A stretch of DNA of 51,563 bases, from positions 1 through 51,563 of the forward strand of contig JAZOCR010000159.1 of assembly GCA_045596605.1 (NCBI GenBank), in the 5' to 3' direction. The stretch is from Eubacteriales bacterium. Its GTDB lineage: Bacteria; Bacillota; Clostridia; Oscillospirales; CAG-382. The notes below the pieces were generated by a model. The model was given only the letters and a program-made list of their open reading frames with translations, searched no databases and was not told the DNA's origin. Of this stretch, positions 14,468-25,532 are shown in pieces. Position 1 is the first letter of the stretch, and each line of letters starts with the position of its first letter. The position numbers and the translations under genes were made by a program.

Positions 14468-16699
14468 ATGGAACACAAAAGCTGGAACGGATTTAATAAA
14501 GGTGTGTGGCAGGACGAAATCAACGTCCGTGATTTCATACAGAAAAACTATAAAGAATACACCGGAGACGACAGCTTCCTTGCAGGTGCCACTGAAAGAA
14601 CCTGTGGAATCATGAAAAAGGTTCAGGCTCTCTTTAATCTTGAAAGACAGTTTGGCGGTGTCCTTGATATTGATACCGCAACCGTTTCATCACTTACAAG
14701 CTTCTCCCCCGGATATATTGACAAAGATAATGAAATCATAGTAGGTATGCAGACAAACCGACCTCTGAAAAGAAGTGTAAATCCCTTCGGTGGTATGAGA
14801 ATGGTGCGTCAGGCCTGTGAGGCTTACGGTTATAAATTAAGCTCAAAGGTTGAGGAAGAATTCCGCTTCCGCACAACTCACAACGATGGAGTTTTCAGAG
14901 CTTACACCGATGAAATGCGTGCCGCACGAAAGTGCCACGTTATAACCGGTCTTCCGGATGCCTACGGCAGAGGCAGAATAATCGGTGACTATCGCCGTGT
15001 TGCTCTCTATGGTGTTGACAAGCTTATTGAAGAAAAGAAAAAGGATAAAGCAGCCCTTGCAAGCGGTACTTTCAGTGCAGAGCAGATAAAGCTCGGTGAG
15101 GAGGTTTACAAGCAGATAACATTCCTCGGATACCTGAAAGAAATGGCAGATATGTACGGCTTTGACATAAGCCAACCTGCCGAGAACGCCCGTGAAGCTA
15201 TTCAGTGGACATATTTTGCATATCTTGGAGCTATCAAGGAGCAAAACGGCGCTGCAATGTCCCTTGGCAGAGTAAGCACTTTCTTTGATATATACATAAG
15301 CCGTGATATAGAAAACGGCATTCTTACCGAGGAGGAAGCTCAGGAGCTTATTGACGATTTCGTAATAAAGCTCCGTATTGCAAGACACCTGAGAACTCCT
15401 GAATACAACGAGCTTTTCGGTGGCGACCCGATGTGGATTACCGAGGCTGTCGGCGGTATGGGTGAAGACGGAAGAACTCTTGTTACAAAGAGCAGCTACC
15501 GTATACTCAATACTCTTTACACGCTCGGCTCATCTCCCGAACCTAATCTTACTGTTCTCTGGTCAAATAGCTTACCTTCAGGTTTCAAGAAATTCTGTGC
15601 AAAAGTATCTGCAGACACAGACTCAATACAGTACGAAAACGATGACTTGATGCGCCCGATTTACGGCGATGACTATGCCATTGCCTGCTGTGTTTCCGCA
15701 ATGAAGGTGGGTAAGCAGATGCAGTTCTTTGGTGCACGCTGCAATCTTGCAAAGCTTCTTCTTATTGCCCTTAACGGTGGTTACGATACTACAAGCAATA
15801 TGCACATAGGACCTCAAATGCCGGTTGTAGACGGTGATACGCTTGATTTTGGCAGCGTTATGGAGCGTTTTGATACATATATTGCATGGCTTTCACACCT
15901 CTATGTAAACACAATGAACATCATTCATTATATGCACGACAAATACGCATACGAAAAGCTTCAGATGGCACTTCACGACACAGACGTCGAACGCCTTATG
16001 GCATTCGGCATTGCAGGTCTATCCGTTGTTGCAGATTCCCTTAGTGCGATAAAGTATGCAAAAGTAAAGCCCATAAAGAACGATGATGGTTTCATAGTCG
16101 ACTTTGAAACTGTGGGTGATTTCCCGAAGTACGGTAACGATGACGACCGTGTTGACCTTATTGCAAAGGATATGGCACACAAGGTAATATGCGAGCTTCG
16201 CAAAACTCCTACATACAGGGATGCAATTCACACACTGTCTGTACTCACAATAACCTCAAACGTTATGTACGGAAAGCACACCGGTGCAACTCCCGATGGC
16301 AGAAAGAGCGGTGCTCCCTTTGCCCCAGGTGCAAACCCAATGCACAACAGAGAAGAAAACGGTGCGCTTGCGTCCCTCAACTCTGTAGCAAAAATCAGCT
16401 ATGACGACTGTCGTGACGGTATTTCCAACACCTTCTCCATAACACCTGCGGCACTCGGAAAAACAGAAGATGAGCGAATAGATAACCTTGTATCAATACT
16501 TGACGGATACTTTGCTAAAAAAGCACATCACATCAACATAAACGTTCTAAACAGAGAAACACTCATGAAGGCATATGAAGATCCGGAAAGCTATCCGAAT
16601 CTTACAATTCGTGTTTCCGGCTACGCAGTTAACTTCCACAAGCTCTCAAAAGAGCAGCAGAGAGAGGTTATAAGCCGTACCTTCCACGAAAGCGTATGA
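14468..16699 (+). CDS. pflB: Pyruvate formate-lyase (formate C-acetyltransferase)
   Basis: Active-site IACCVSAM. Glycyl-radical motif TIRVSGYAV. The start ATG at 14468 follows GAGGAGG; the track ORF begins at a GTG inside the riboswitch terminator. Confidence 0.97.
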   Translation: MEHKSWNGFNKGVWQDEINVRDFIQKNYKEYTGDDSFLAGATERTCGIMKKVQALFNLERQFGGVLDIDTATVSSLTSFSPGYIDKDNEIIVGMQTNRPLKRSVNPFGGMRMVRQACEAYGYKLSSKVEEEFRFRTTHNDGVFRAYTDEMRAARKCHVITGLPDAYGRGRIIGDYRRVALYGVDKLIEEKKKDKAALASGTFSAEQIKLGEEVYKQITFLGYLKEMADMYGFDISQPAENAREAIQWTYFAYLGAIKEQNGAAMSLGRVSTFFDIYISRDIENGILTEEEAQELIDDFVIKLRIARHLRTPEYNELFGGDPMWITEAVGGMGEDGRTLVTKSSYRILNTLYTLGSSPEPNLTVLWSNSLPSGFKKFCAKVSADTDSIQYENDDLMRPIYGDDYAIACCVSAMKVGKQMQFFGARCNLAKLLLIALNGGYDTTSNMHIGPQMPVVDGDTLDFGSVMERFDTYIAWLSHLYVNTMNIIHYMHDKYAYEKLQMALHDTDVERLMAFGIAGLSVVADSLSAIKYAKVKPIKNDDGFIVDFETVGDFPKYGNDDDRVDLIAKDMAHKVICELRKTPTYRDAIHTLSVLTITSNVMYGKHTGATPDGRKSGAPFAPGANPMHNREENGALASLNSVAKISYDDCRDGISNTFSITPAALGKTEDERIDNLVSILDGYFAKKAHHININVLNRETLMKAYEDPESYPNLTIRVSGYAVNFHKLSKEQQREVISRTFHESV

Positions 16700-17424
16700 A
16701 GCAGGGAAAAATAACGGGGCGTATTCATTCTTTTCAAAGCCTTGGAACTCTTGACGGTCCGGGCGTGCGATTCGTGGCTTTTCTGCAAGGGTGCAATCTA
16801 AGGTGTGGCTGCTGTCATAATCCTGACACATGGGAATGCAGCGGCGGCACTGAATACTGCGCAGACGAGGTTGTAAGCCGTGCCGTAAGATTCAAAGAAT
16901 ATTTTGGAGAAAATGGTGGAATAACCCTTTCCGGCGGTGAGCCACTACTACAGGCAGAATTCGCCTACGAGATTTTCGCTCTTTCACACAAAGCAGGAAT
17001 AAACACCTGTCTTGATACCTCGGGCAGCGCCTTTAATGAAAAGGTAAAGCTTCTGCTTTCCGAAACCGACAGAGTTCTGCTTGATATAAAGTATACAGAT
17101 GACGAGCTTTACAAAAGATATGTTGGTTGTTCCATCTCAAAGGTTTTAGATTTTCTTTCGTATCTTAATGAGCAAAGCATTAAAGTAACACTTCGTCAGG
17201 TAATAATTCCGGGACTTAATGATAAGTCGGACAATGTAAAAAAGCTTGTAGAAATAGCAAAACAGCACGGCTGTGTTGACAAAATCGAGCTTCTACCCTT
17301 TCGCAAAATTTGCACGACAAAGTATGAAAGTCTTGGTATTGTGTTTCCTTTTTCTAACATCCCAGAACCTACAAACGAAGCTATGCAGACCCTAAAATCT
17401 GAACTTGGTATATACGCAAAATAA
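16696..17424 (+). CDS. pflA: Pyruvate formate-lyase activating enzyme (radical SAM)
   Basis: Radical-SAM cluster [11 protein letters not shown], and GGEPLLQ. The 4-nt overlap with pflB indicates coupling. Confidence 0.95.
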   Translation: MKQGKITGRIHSFQSLGTLDGPGVRFVAFLQGCNLRCGCCHNPDTWECSGGTEYCADEVVSRAVRFKEYFGENGGITLSGGEPLLQAEFAYEIFALSHKAGINTCLDTSGSAFNEKVKLLLSETDRVLLDIKYTDDELYKRYVGCSISKVLDFLSYLNEQSIKVTLRQVIIPGLNDKSDNVKKLVEIAKQHGCVDKIELLPFRKICTTKYESLGIVFPFSNIPEPTNEAMQTLKSELGIYAK

Positions 17425-17429
17425 AATTT

Positions 17430-17466
17430 CTCCCATACGGAAAAATATTCCGTATGGGAGTTTTTC
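17430..17466 (+). terminator. Rho-independent terminator of pflBA
   Basis: CTCCCATACGG-aaaaatatt-CCGTATGGGAG followed by TTTTT. Confidence 0.85.
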
Positions 17467-17483
17467 TGCCTTAGAAAAGACCT

Positions 17484-18287
17484 TTATTCATTATAAAGCT
17501 TACATTTAACAATATCGCCAACGCCGTTATAAATATAATCCGGGCCGTAAGGGAATTTCACAAGGTCCTCAACCGCAGTGACACCGGACAGCACGAGAGC
17601 CGTCTCAATTTCCGACTCAATTCCGGCAACAATATCCGTATCCATTCTATCTCCGACAATTACTGCGTCTTCAGGGTTTACATCAAGTATTTTCAGTGCC
17701 GTTCTCATCATCAAAGGATTAGGCTTTCCAAGAAAATACGCATTTTGTCCCGTTGTCATTTCAATAGGAGAAACAAATGCACGGCATGCAGGAATTATTC
17801 CCCTTTCCGAAGGTGCAGTAAGGTCGGGGTTTGTTCCGATAAGCTTTGCACCGCCAAAGACAAATCTTACTGCCCTTTTTATATTTTCGTAATTATAGTT
17901 TCTTGTTTCACCCACAACAACGTAATCGGGATTTACGTCATTCATAAATATGCCCTCTTCGTAAAGAGCATTCATAAGCCCCGGCTCGCCTATTACGTAT
18001 GCAGAGCAACCGGGCTTCTGCTTTGCAAGAAAATGAGCAGTAGCAAGGGCGCTTGTATAAAAGTGGTCTTCAGATACGTCAAGTCCCATTCGCTGTAGCT
18101 TCTGACGAAGCTCAATAGGTGAACGCTCGCTGGAGTTTGTCAAAAACAAAAATCTCTTATTCTCTCTCTGAAGGTATTCTACAAACTCCGGAACACCGGG
18201 AAGTATCTTGTTTCCGTGATATATAACACCGTCCATATCACATATAAAGCCTTTTTTTGAGGCTATATCAAGTGCTTTATCTTTCAT
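17484..18287 (-). CDS. HAD-IIA family hydrolase (NagD-like sugar phosphatase)
   Basis: Motif I FICDMDGVIYHG; LTNSS; GDRMDTDI. Confidence 0.85.
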   Translation of the reverse strand: MKDKALDIASKKGFICDMDGVIYHGNKILPGVPEFVEYLQRENKRFLFLTNSSERSPIELRQKLQRMGLDVSEDHFYTSALATAHFLAKQKPGCSAYVIGEPGLMNALYEEGIFMNDVNPDYVVVGETRNYNYENIKRAVRFVFGGAKLIGTNPDLTAPSERGIIPACRAFVSPIEMTTGQNAYFLGKPNPLMMRTALKILDVNPEDAVIVGDRMDTDIVAGIESEIETALVLSGVTAVEDLVKFPYGPDYIYNGVGDIVKCKLYNE

Positions 18288-18325
18288 TTGCTTTATCCTT
18301 TCCTTATATATCTTTAAGGCTTGTA

Positions 18326-18895
18326 TTATTCTTTGCCTGTACCCTCACGAAGATAGGTTGCTTCGATATCCGCAATATGAAGCTTAACTGCAAGCGGATA
18401 CATTTCAAAGGCGTTACTTATAGTATAACCACCCGATTTCGCCGTATCATCAAAGCCTCCCATATGCCATCTTATAGCAATTGCCTCCTCTACCTTAAGA
18501 CGCATAAAGCGCTCAATTAAAAACACGGATTTTTCTCCGTGACCGAAGGGAAATTTATCTTCAATAGTATAATACGGCACCTTTTCCCACTGCCCTGTCT
18601 GCTCATTTTTCTGATTTCTCATTGCTACCTTATAAAACTGGGCTTTGCATAGGTCGTGTAAAAGAGCAACTATTGCGATAGTTTCTGCAGGGTGCTCATT
18701 ACCGTATCTTTCAGATAGACATTCATACACGTTTACGCTATGCTCACAGAGCCCACCTTCTTCACAAAGGTGAAATTTTGTGCTTGCAGGGGCTGTAAAA
18801 AAGTCCGTCTTTTCAAGCCACGAGAGAAGCTCCTGCGCTCCGTCACGCTTAATATACTGCTTGTAAATTTCTAAAAATCTTTCTTTACTGTTCAA
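18326..18895 (-). CDS. HD-domain phosphohydrolase
   Basis: H...HD signature (VALLHDLCK) with downstream His and Asp residues. Confidence 0.75.
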   Translation of the reverse strand: MNSKERFLEIYKQYIKRDGAQELLSWLEKTDFFTAPASTKFHLCEEGGLCEHSVNVYECLSERYGNEHPAETIAIVALLHDLCKAQFYKVAMRNQKNEQTGQWEKVPYYTIEDKFPFGHGEKSVFLIERFMRLKVEEAIAIRWHMGGFDDTAKSGGYTISNAFEMYPLAVKLHIADIEATYLREGTGKE

Positions 18896-18987
18896 ATCTC
18901 GTACCTCAATTAATAGTTTTTTTATATTATAACATTAAATTTCAAGATAATCAAGGGATATATTAAAAATAGGCAAAAATTTATACG

Positions 18988-19017
18988 CAAGAAAACCTCT
19001 GCCAAAGCAGAGGTTTT
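18988..19017 (-). terminator. Terminator after lipoprotein paralog 1
   Basis: AAAACCTCTGC-caaa-GCAGAGGTTTT hairpin. Confidence 0.55.
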
Positions 19018-19031
19018 CAATATAACTCATA

Positions 19032-20492
19032 TTATTCAGCAGGAGCTTCTTCCGTTGCATCGGAAACAGAGTAAAGCTCAACAAGATCGGCAATTTTATC
19101 TTCCCAAGTGCCCTTGTTGGTAGCAATAAGGGAAGAAAGTGTGTTGCCCTGGTTTGCTTTAATAATACTGTATCCGTCGAAACCTATAACTGCATCGTTA
19201 AATCTTGAAGAGTTTCTGATAATCGGAATCATGTCCTCAGATTCTGTATCTCTTGTAGACTTGATAGTAAGAAGCGTATCAAAGTATGCGGGCATTATCA
19301 TTTTATTTGAGTAATATGCCATTGTTTCAAGAACAGCACCCGTCTTTTCAAGATCCATATTTGTAATCGGAATCATTGTAAGTTCAGAAATACCACCGCT
19401 TCTTGAATAGTATTCAGTCTGGCTTTCATCATATTTAGGATAAGGAATGAATCCTACATCAATATTCTCATACTCTCTTGTGCCGGGAATATGGAGAATA
19501 AAGGAGTCGTTAAAGAGAAGTCTGCCTTCTGCAAACATATTGTCGTCAAGGCCGAAAGTCTGAGTTTCCCAGAAAGCACCGGGGTTACGGAATACGTCTA
19601 TCATAGCATCAATTACGTTATAGATATGCTCATTTTCAATATTAAGAACAGGCATATTGTTGTCGTCCTTAACAACAGTCTGAGCACCGTAGCCTATGTA
19701 GAATGCAGGAATTCCTTCATATCCCCAACAGCCGTAACCGTATCTGTCGTCAGCTGTCTTCATCTTACCGTCACCGTTAAGGTCCTTGGTAGCTGCCTGA
19801 ACATATTGAACGAATTTGTCGTGTGTCCATGTTCCTTCAAATACCATATCGTAGGGATATTCAAGGCCAAGCTCGTTGCAAAGAGTTTTGTTGAAGATAA
19901 GACATGCGGTTGTTGAGAAGGAGGTGAGGTTATAATCACCTGTCATTGCATAAATCTTGCCGCCGTATGTAATATCACGTGCAACGTTGGAATACCACCA
20001 GGGGCTTTCAACATTGATATAAGGAATATTATTCCAGTCTACAAGAAGCTTTTCCTGAATAAGAGTAGGAGTCTGATGCTGACAGTGTACGTATGCGTCA
20101 TACGTGTTGTCACCGCCCATGATGAGAATTCTTATTCTATCAGTTTCATTTGTCTGGTCAGAGCCGTTTGTCGTACCGGTTGTTATACCAAATTCAAGAT
20201 CAACGCCAAGATGCTCTTCCACCTTCATATTTCTCTGGAATACAACGTCATTCATCTCGTCGCCGGTTTCCTCTTCAATCATATAGGAATCCTTTGCTGT
20301 CGGAAACGCAAGATATATACTGAAGGTCTCGCCTTCAAGAATACCCTCAGGAACAATAAACTCTCCCGCTTCACCACGCTTCATTTCAGAGTCGCCATTT
20401 TTACCTTTGCTGTCCTTGTTACAGGAAACAAAAGAAGAAGCAAGAAGAACGCCTGAAAGAAGAAGCGCAACAATTCTCTTTGTGTTTTTCAT
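19032..20492 (-). CDS. Extracellular solute-binding lipoprotein, paralog 1 (ABC-type family-1-like, no cognate permease adjacent)
   Basis: Lipobox signal peptide MKNTKRIVALLLSGVLLASSFVSC. At 486 aa the size and composition are typical of sugar-binding lipoproteins. The family call comes from general resemblance only. Confidence 0.65.
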   Translation of the reverse strand: MKNTKRIVALLLSGVLLASSFVSCNKDSKGKNGDSEMKRGEAGEFIVPEGILEGETFSIYLAFPTAKDSYMIEEETGDEMNDVVFQRNMKVEEHLGVDLEFGITTGTTNGSDQTNETDRIRILIMGGDNTYDAYVHCQHQTPTLIQEKLLVDWNNIPYINVESPWWYSNVARDITYGGKIYAMTGDYNLTSFSTTACLIFNKTLCNELGLEYPYDMVFEGTWTHDKFVQYVQAATKDLNGDGKMKTADDRYGYGCWGYEGIPAFYIGYGAQTVVKDDNNMPVLNIENEHIYNVIDAMIDVFRNPGAFWETQTFGLDDNMFAEGRLLFNDSFILHIPGTREYENIDVGFIPYPKYDESQTEYYSRSGGISELTMIPITNMDLEKTGAVLETMAYYSNKMIMPAYFDTLLTIKSTRDTESEDMIPIIRNSSRFNDAVIGFDGYSIIKANQGNTLSSLIATNKGTWEDKIADLVELYSVSDATEEAPAE

Positions 20493-20672
20493 AAAATTTT
20501 CTCCTTAAATATTTATTATGGTGCTCTAATTTTACCACATCATCCAAGGATTGTCAATATGTTTTTTACTTTTTTATGTCTTTTTTTGCGTTAAAATCGA
20601 TTTTTTGCATAAAAAGTTATAAAATTTTGTTGTTTTTGTAAAAACGCACAGCATTTATTTTATAAAAGAAAA

Positions 20673-20703
20673 GTACACTGTCATAGCATCTATGACAGTG
20701 TAC
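20673..20703 (-). terminator. 13-bp hairpin terminator after paralog 2 (part of the duplicated unit)
   Basis: GTACACTGTCATA-gcatc-TATGACAGTGTAC, T-rich on the minus strand. The same block recurs at 22346-22376. Confidence 0.6.
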
Positions 20704-20728
20704 CAATTTTTATTTATACTATACTGAA

Positions 20729-22189
20729 TTATTCAGCAGCTTCGCCCTCTGCGGGAGCTTTATCAGGGCTGTAAAGATCAATAAGTCCCTGTATTTTTTC
20801 CTCCCACGCTCCTCTGTTCTGTGCAATAAGGGAAGAAAGAGTATTACCGGAGTTTGCAGTTACTATGCTGTATCCGTCAAAATTAATAACAGCATCCGCA
20901 AATCTTGCAGAGTTTCTTATAATCGGAATCATATCCTCGGACTCAGTATCTCTTGTCGACTTAATCATAACGAGAGTGTCAAAGTATGCAGGCATTACCG
21001 TCTGATTTGAGAAATACGCCATTGTTTCAAGAACTGCAGCCGTCTTTTCAAGGTCTGTATTTGTAATCGGAATAACGGTAAGCTCTGATATACCGCCAGT
21101 TCTGCTGTAGTATTCAGACTGACTTTCGTTGTATTTAGGATAAGGTATAAAGCCTACGTCAAACTCCTCATATTTTCTCGTTGAAGGAATGTGATAAATA
21201 AAGGAATCATTAAACAGAAGTCTGCCTTCCATGAACATATTATCATCTACACCGAATTCTGATCTCTCCCAGAAAGCACCGCTTTGCCTGAATATTTCAA
21301 GCATTTTATCAATGACGTTATACGTATGCTCATTGTCAATGTTAAGAACAGGCATGTTATTGTCATCTTTAATAATTGCTTCTGCACCGTAGCTTACGAA
21401 AAATCCGGGAATTCCTTCATATGCCCAACAGCCGTAGCCATATCTGTCCTCATCTCTCGTCATTCTGCCGTCACCGTTAAGGTCCTTGGTAGCCGCCTGA
21501 ACGTATTCAATGAATTTGTCGTGCGTCCACGTTCCGTCATACACCATTTCGTAAGGGTATTCAAGGCCGAGCTCGTCGCACATTGTCTTATTAAAGATAA
21601 GGCAAGCGGTAGTTGAGAAGGATGTAAGGTTATAGTCACCCGTCATTCCGTATATTTTATCACCAAAGGTAATATCACGGGCAACATTGGAATACCACCA
21701 GGGGCTTTCAACGTTGATATAAGGAAGCTCGTTCCAGTTAACGAAAAGCTTGTCGCCCATAAGTTGACTCTGTAGAGAATTCTGGCAATGAACAAAAACG
21801 TCGTAAGTAGTATCCCCACCCATAATGAGAACTCTGATAAGGTTAGAGGAAGCAAGAATATCATTTCCCCACGTAGAACCGGTGGTTACACCGAACTCCA
21901 GATCCACACCGAGATACTCCTCAACCTTCTGGTTTCTCCTGAATACAACGTCATTCATCTCGTCGCCGGTTTCCTCCTCGGCAACAAATGAAGACTTGCA
22001 GCTTGGATAAGCAAGGTATGCTGTAAATGTCTTTTCCTCACAAGCTCCCTCGGGTACAATAAATTCTCCCGGTTCGCCGTGAAGTCCGTCTCCGCTTTTT
22101 CCGGATTTATTCTCATTACAGGATGCGAAGGATGAAATAAGTAAAAGCCCGGAAATAAGAATTGTTAAAATTCTTGTGAGTTTTTTCAT
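20729..22189 (-). CDS. Extracellular solute-binding lipoprotein, paralog 2
   Basis: Signal peptide/lipobox MKKLTRILTILISGLLLISSFASC. It is collinear with paralog 1 over its full length. Confidence 0.65.
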   Translation of the reverse strand: MKKLTRILTILISGLLLISSFASCNENKSGKSGDGLHGEPGEFIVPEGACEEKTFTAYLAYPSCKSSFVAEEETGDEMNDVVFRRNQKVEEYLGVDLEFGVTTGSTWGNDILASSNLIRVLIMGGDTTYDVFVHCQNSLQSQLMGDKLFVNWNELPYINVESPWWYSNVARDITFGDKIYGMTGDYNLTSFSTTACLIFNKTMCDELGLEYPYEMVYDGTWTHDKFIEYVQAATKDLNGDGRMTRDEDRYGYGCWAYEGIPGFFVSYGAEAIIKDDNNMPVLNIDNEHTYNVIDKMLEIFRQSGAFWERSEFGVDDNMFMEGRLLFNDSFIYHIPSTRKYEEFDVGFIPYPKYNESQSEYYSRTGGISELTVIPITNTDLEKTAAVLETMAYFSNQTVMPAYFDTLVMIKSTRDTESEDMIPIIRNSARFADAVINFDGYSIVTANSGNTLSSLIAQNRGAWEEKIQGLIDLYSPDKAPAEGEAAE

Positions 22190-22345
22190 GTTTTTTCTCC
22201 TCTTGTAGATTTACTACATTCGATTATACGGTTTTGGGCATACAAAAACAATATCCGTTTTTGACTTTTTACTTTATTTTTAATGACCGAATTTGACAAC
22301 CGTGTCTTTGTTCCGGTATTATGACAATCATAACTGTACAAAAAA

Positions 22346-22376
22346 GTACACTGCCATAGTATCTATGACAGTGTAC
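22346..22376 (-). terminator. Hairpin terminator after paralog 3 (duplicate of 20673-20703, one mismatch)
   Basis: GTACACTGCCATA-gtatc-TATGACAGTGTAC. The flanking ~75 nt match 20669-20745. Confidence 0.6.
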
Positions 22377-22401
22377 CAATTTTTATTTATACTATACTGA
22401 A

Positions 22402-23860
22402 TTATTCAGCAGTTTCGCCCTCTGCGGGAGCTTCATCGGGAGCGTAAAGATCAATAAGTCCCTGGATCTTTTCTTCCCAAGCGCCCTTGTTTGTAGCAAT
22501 GAGAGAAGAAAGGGTGTTACCGATGTTCTGCTTGATAATTTCATATCCGTCAAATCCGAGAACAGCGTCACCGTATCTTGCGGAGTTTCTGATAATCGGA
22601 ATCATATCTTCAGACTCGGTGTCTCTTGTAGACTTAATCATAACGAGAGTGTCGAAGTATGCAGGCATTACAGTCTGGCTTGAGAAGTATGCCATTGTTT
22701 CAAGAACTGCAGCTGTCTTTTCAAGGTCAGTATTTGTAATCGGAATACATGTAAGCTCTGCGATACCACCGGTTCTGCTGTAATACTCGGTCTGATTTTC
22801 ATCATATTTAGGATAGGGAATGAAGCCTACTTCTATATCTTCATAGCTTCTTGTGAAGGGAACGTGAAGGATGAAGGAGTCGTTAAAGAGAAGTCTGCCT
22901 TCCTCGAACATACTATCGTCAACACCGAAGGTCTGGTTTTCCCAGAATGCGCCGGGGTTTCTGAATACGTCGATCATAAGGTCAATAACGTTATATGTAT
23001 GCTCATTCTCAAGGTTGAGGACAGGCATGTTGTTTTCGTCCTTAACTATTGCTTCAGCACCGTAGCCTACGAAGAATGCAGGAATACCTTCATATCCCCA
23101 ACAGCCGTAACCGTATCTGTCGTCATCAAGCTTCATTCTACCGTCACCGTTAAGGTCCTTGGTAGCCGCCTGAACGTATTCAATGAATCTGTCGTGTGTC
23201 CATGTTCCGTCATATACCATTTCATAAGGATATTCAAGACCGAGCTCGTCACACATCGTCTTATTAAAGATAAGACATTCCGTTGTTGAGAAGGTTGTGA
23301 TATTGTAGTCACCGGACATGCCGAATACCTTGTCGCCGAAGGTAATATCACGAAGAATGTTGGAATACCACCAGGGGCTTTCCATGTTGATATAGGGAAG
23401 ATCGTTCCAGTTAACGAAAAGCTTGTCGCCGAAAATGGTTGACTGGAGAGAGTGCTGACAGTGTATGAAAGCATCGTAGGTTGTATCGCCGCCCATTACA
23501 AGAATTCTTATCTTGTCTGATTCAGCAGCAATGTCAGAGCCCCAGGTTGAACCGGTAGTTACACCGAATTCAAGATCAACACCGAGATACTCTTCAACTC
23601 TCTGGTTTCTCTGGAATACTACGTCATTCATTTCATCGCCGGTTTCCTCTTCTGCAATATACGAAGGTGCACAAGTCGGGAAAGCAAGATACGCAGTAAA
23701 GGTTTTACCTTCACATGCGCCTTCAGGCACTATAAATTCGCCTGCTTCGCCTTTTTTCCTTCTTTGCTGCCGCCGTTTCCTGATTTGTCACAAGAAACAA
23801 ATGCAGATGTAAGAAGCAATGCGGAAAGAAGAACTGCGACTATTCTTTTTGCATTTTCAT
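22402..23860 (-). pseudogene. Extracellular solute-binding lipoprotein, paralog 3, disrupted by two -1 frameshifts in poly-A runs within the first ~40 codons
   Basis: The body 22402..23730 is intact and closest to paralog 2. Upstream, the lipobox peptide (K)NAKRIVAVLLSALLLTSAFVSC is in a different frame from the ATG at 23860: ATGAAAATGC is found where ATGAAAAATGC would be needed. It is also out of frame with the body: GGAAAAAAGGC has 6 A where 7 are needed. Confidence 0.75.
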
Positions 23861-24026
23861 AAAAACTCCTTGCTTTTATTATTTGTTATATATATTCTAT
23901 CATTCAAGCACAACATTGTCAATTAAGAATAATTTACTTTTATGTATGTATTTTTTACTCATTTTTTTGGATTGAACCTTTTTATTTTATGTTTTATAGA
24001 CAGAAAATCCTATAAAGTATTTTTTG

Positions 24027-25502
24027 TCAATCTGTGTCGTTATAATACTGGTCAACTATTTCTCTTTCGTCAAAATGATATTTGATATTATGCGCTTCTT
24101 CATAGGTTTGTCCGCCTTTGCCGGCAAGTAATACAGTATCCCCATCACGTGCCATTGAAAGTGCTGTAAATATAGCTTTACGTCTGTCAGGAACTACTGT
24201 ATATTTATTTCCGGAGCATTTCATTCCAGATACAACGTCCCTGATAATATCTTCAAGCTTCTCAAACCTTGGGTTATCACTTGTAATTATGGAAAAATCA
24301 GCATATACCGATGCAGCCTCTCCCATTCCGACACGGCGAAGTTTTGAACGGTTTCCTCCCGCACCAAAAACACAGTACAGCTTTCCTTTGCAAGCTTTCT
24401 TCAACGAACCGAGTATATTCTCAAGACTTTCTTTGCTGTGAGCATAGTCAATAATTATATTTACACCCGCAGGGTTTGGCACTATTTCGCATCTTCCGTA
24501 CACTTTTACTTTTTCAAGACCACCTGCCACACTATCATAAGATAAACCGCAAGCCTTTGCAATTGCAACTGTAGAGAGTGCATTCGATACGTTAAACTCA
24601 CCGGGAAGGGGAACAAAAAATTCTTTTCCGTCTACGCTAAACCTTGAACAATCATCGAAAATCTCAACTCCACTGCAAACAACATCTGCATCCTTTCCAA
24701 GCGCTGAATATGAGGTATACTCTATTACCTCTTTTTTGCATATGTCCGAAAAATAGCAGTAATGGGGACAATCGATATTCAAAACTGCTCTTTTGCACTG
24801 TGTGAAAAGCATCCCCTTGCAGTTTTTATATTCATCAAAGCTTTCGTGTTCGTATGCTCCTATATGGTCAGGAAACAGATTTGTAAAAACGCCAACGTCA
24901 AATACTGTGCCGTAGGTTCTAAACTGTTTAAGAGCCTGAGAGGTCACTTCGCAGAAAACGTGTGTGACACCAGAGTCTGCCATCTCTCTTAAAGCCCCAT
25001 AATACTCCAGCGGTGCAGGTGTTGAGTTTTCCGTTTCTGTCACTTTCCCGTCATAAATAATTCCATTACTTCCGATTACTCCGCAATTATATGAATTTTC
25101 TTCAAAAACCGAGCGAAGCATATAGGTAACGGTAGTTTTTCCCTTTGTTCCGGTTATACCGACAGTAAATAGGTCAAGGTCGGGAAACCCGAAAAATGCT
25201 CTTGCAAGCAGTGCAAGCGCACGTCTGGTATCTTCCACCTCAATAAAGCAAGCTTCGCAGCGTGAGTTGCAGTTTTGCTGATTTTTATTCACAACGAAAT
25301 ATTTTATACCTGCAAGAATCAATTTATCTATATCCCTGTGAGTATCGTATCTGTTTCCGCAGATGCATACAAACAGCGGATTTTCGCTTTTTCGTTTTAT
25401 TGCTGATTCAGTATTTGTTTCTATGTATCCTATTTCCGTTTGGCAGTCAATTTCGGTGCCGCAATCCGGCAATGCAAGCCTTATAAGCTCTGACAGCTTC
25501 AT
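24027..25502 (-). CDS. murE: UDP-N-acetylmuramoyl-L-alanyl-D-glutamate--2,6-diaminopimelate ligase
   Basis: P-loop GITGTKGKTT. The DNPR motif (ITSDNPRFE) is characteristic of mDAP-adding MurE. Confidence 0.92.
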   Translation of the reverse strand: MKLSELIRLALPDCGTEIDCQTEIGYIETNTESAIKRKSENPLFVCICGNRYDTHRDIDKLILAGIKYFVVNKNQQNCNSRCEACFIEVEDTRRALALLARAFFGFPDLDLFTVGITGTKGKTTVTYMLRSVFEENSYNCGVIGSNGIIYDGKVTETENSTPAPLEYYGALREMADSGVTHVFCEVTSQALKQFRTYGTVFDVGVFTNLFPDHIGAYEHESFDEYKNCKGMLFTQCKRAVLNIDCPHYCYFSDICKKEVIEYTSYSALGKDADVVCSGVEIFDDCSRFSVDGKEFFVPLPGEFNVSNALSTVAIAKACGLSYDSVAGGLEKVKVYGRCEIVPNPAGVNIIIDYAHSKESLENILGSLKKACKGKLYCVFGAGGNRSKLRRVGMGEAASVYADFSIITSDNPRFEKLEDIIRDVVSGMKCSGNKYTVVPDRRKAIFTALSMARDGDTVLLAGKGGQTYEEAHNIKYHFDEREIVDQYYNDTD

Positions 25503-25532
25503 CTTGGTTCTCCCTCCTTAGTTAATAAAGGC

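Noticed and set aside
16696-16699. Short gene overlaps (pflB/pflA, dapF/metC-like, murG/ftsQ, spoIIIA genes, mraZ/rsmH) as possible frameshift or fusion signals
   Set aside because: These are ordinary 4-11 nt ATGA-type overlaps indicating translational coupling within operons.
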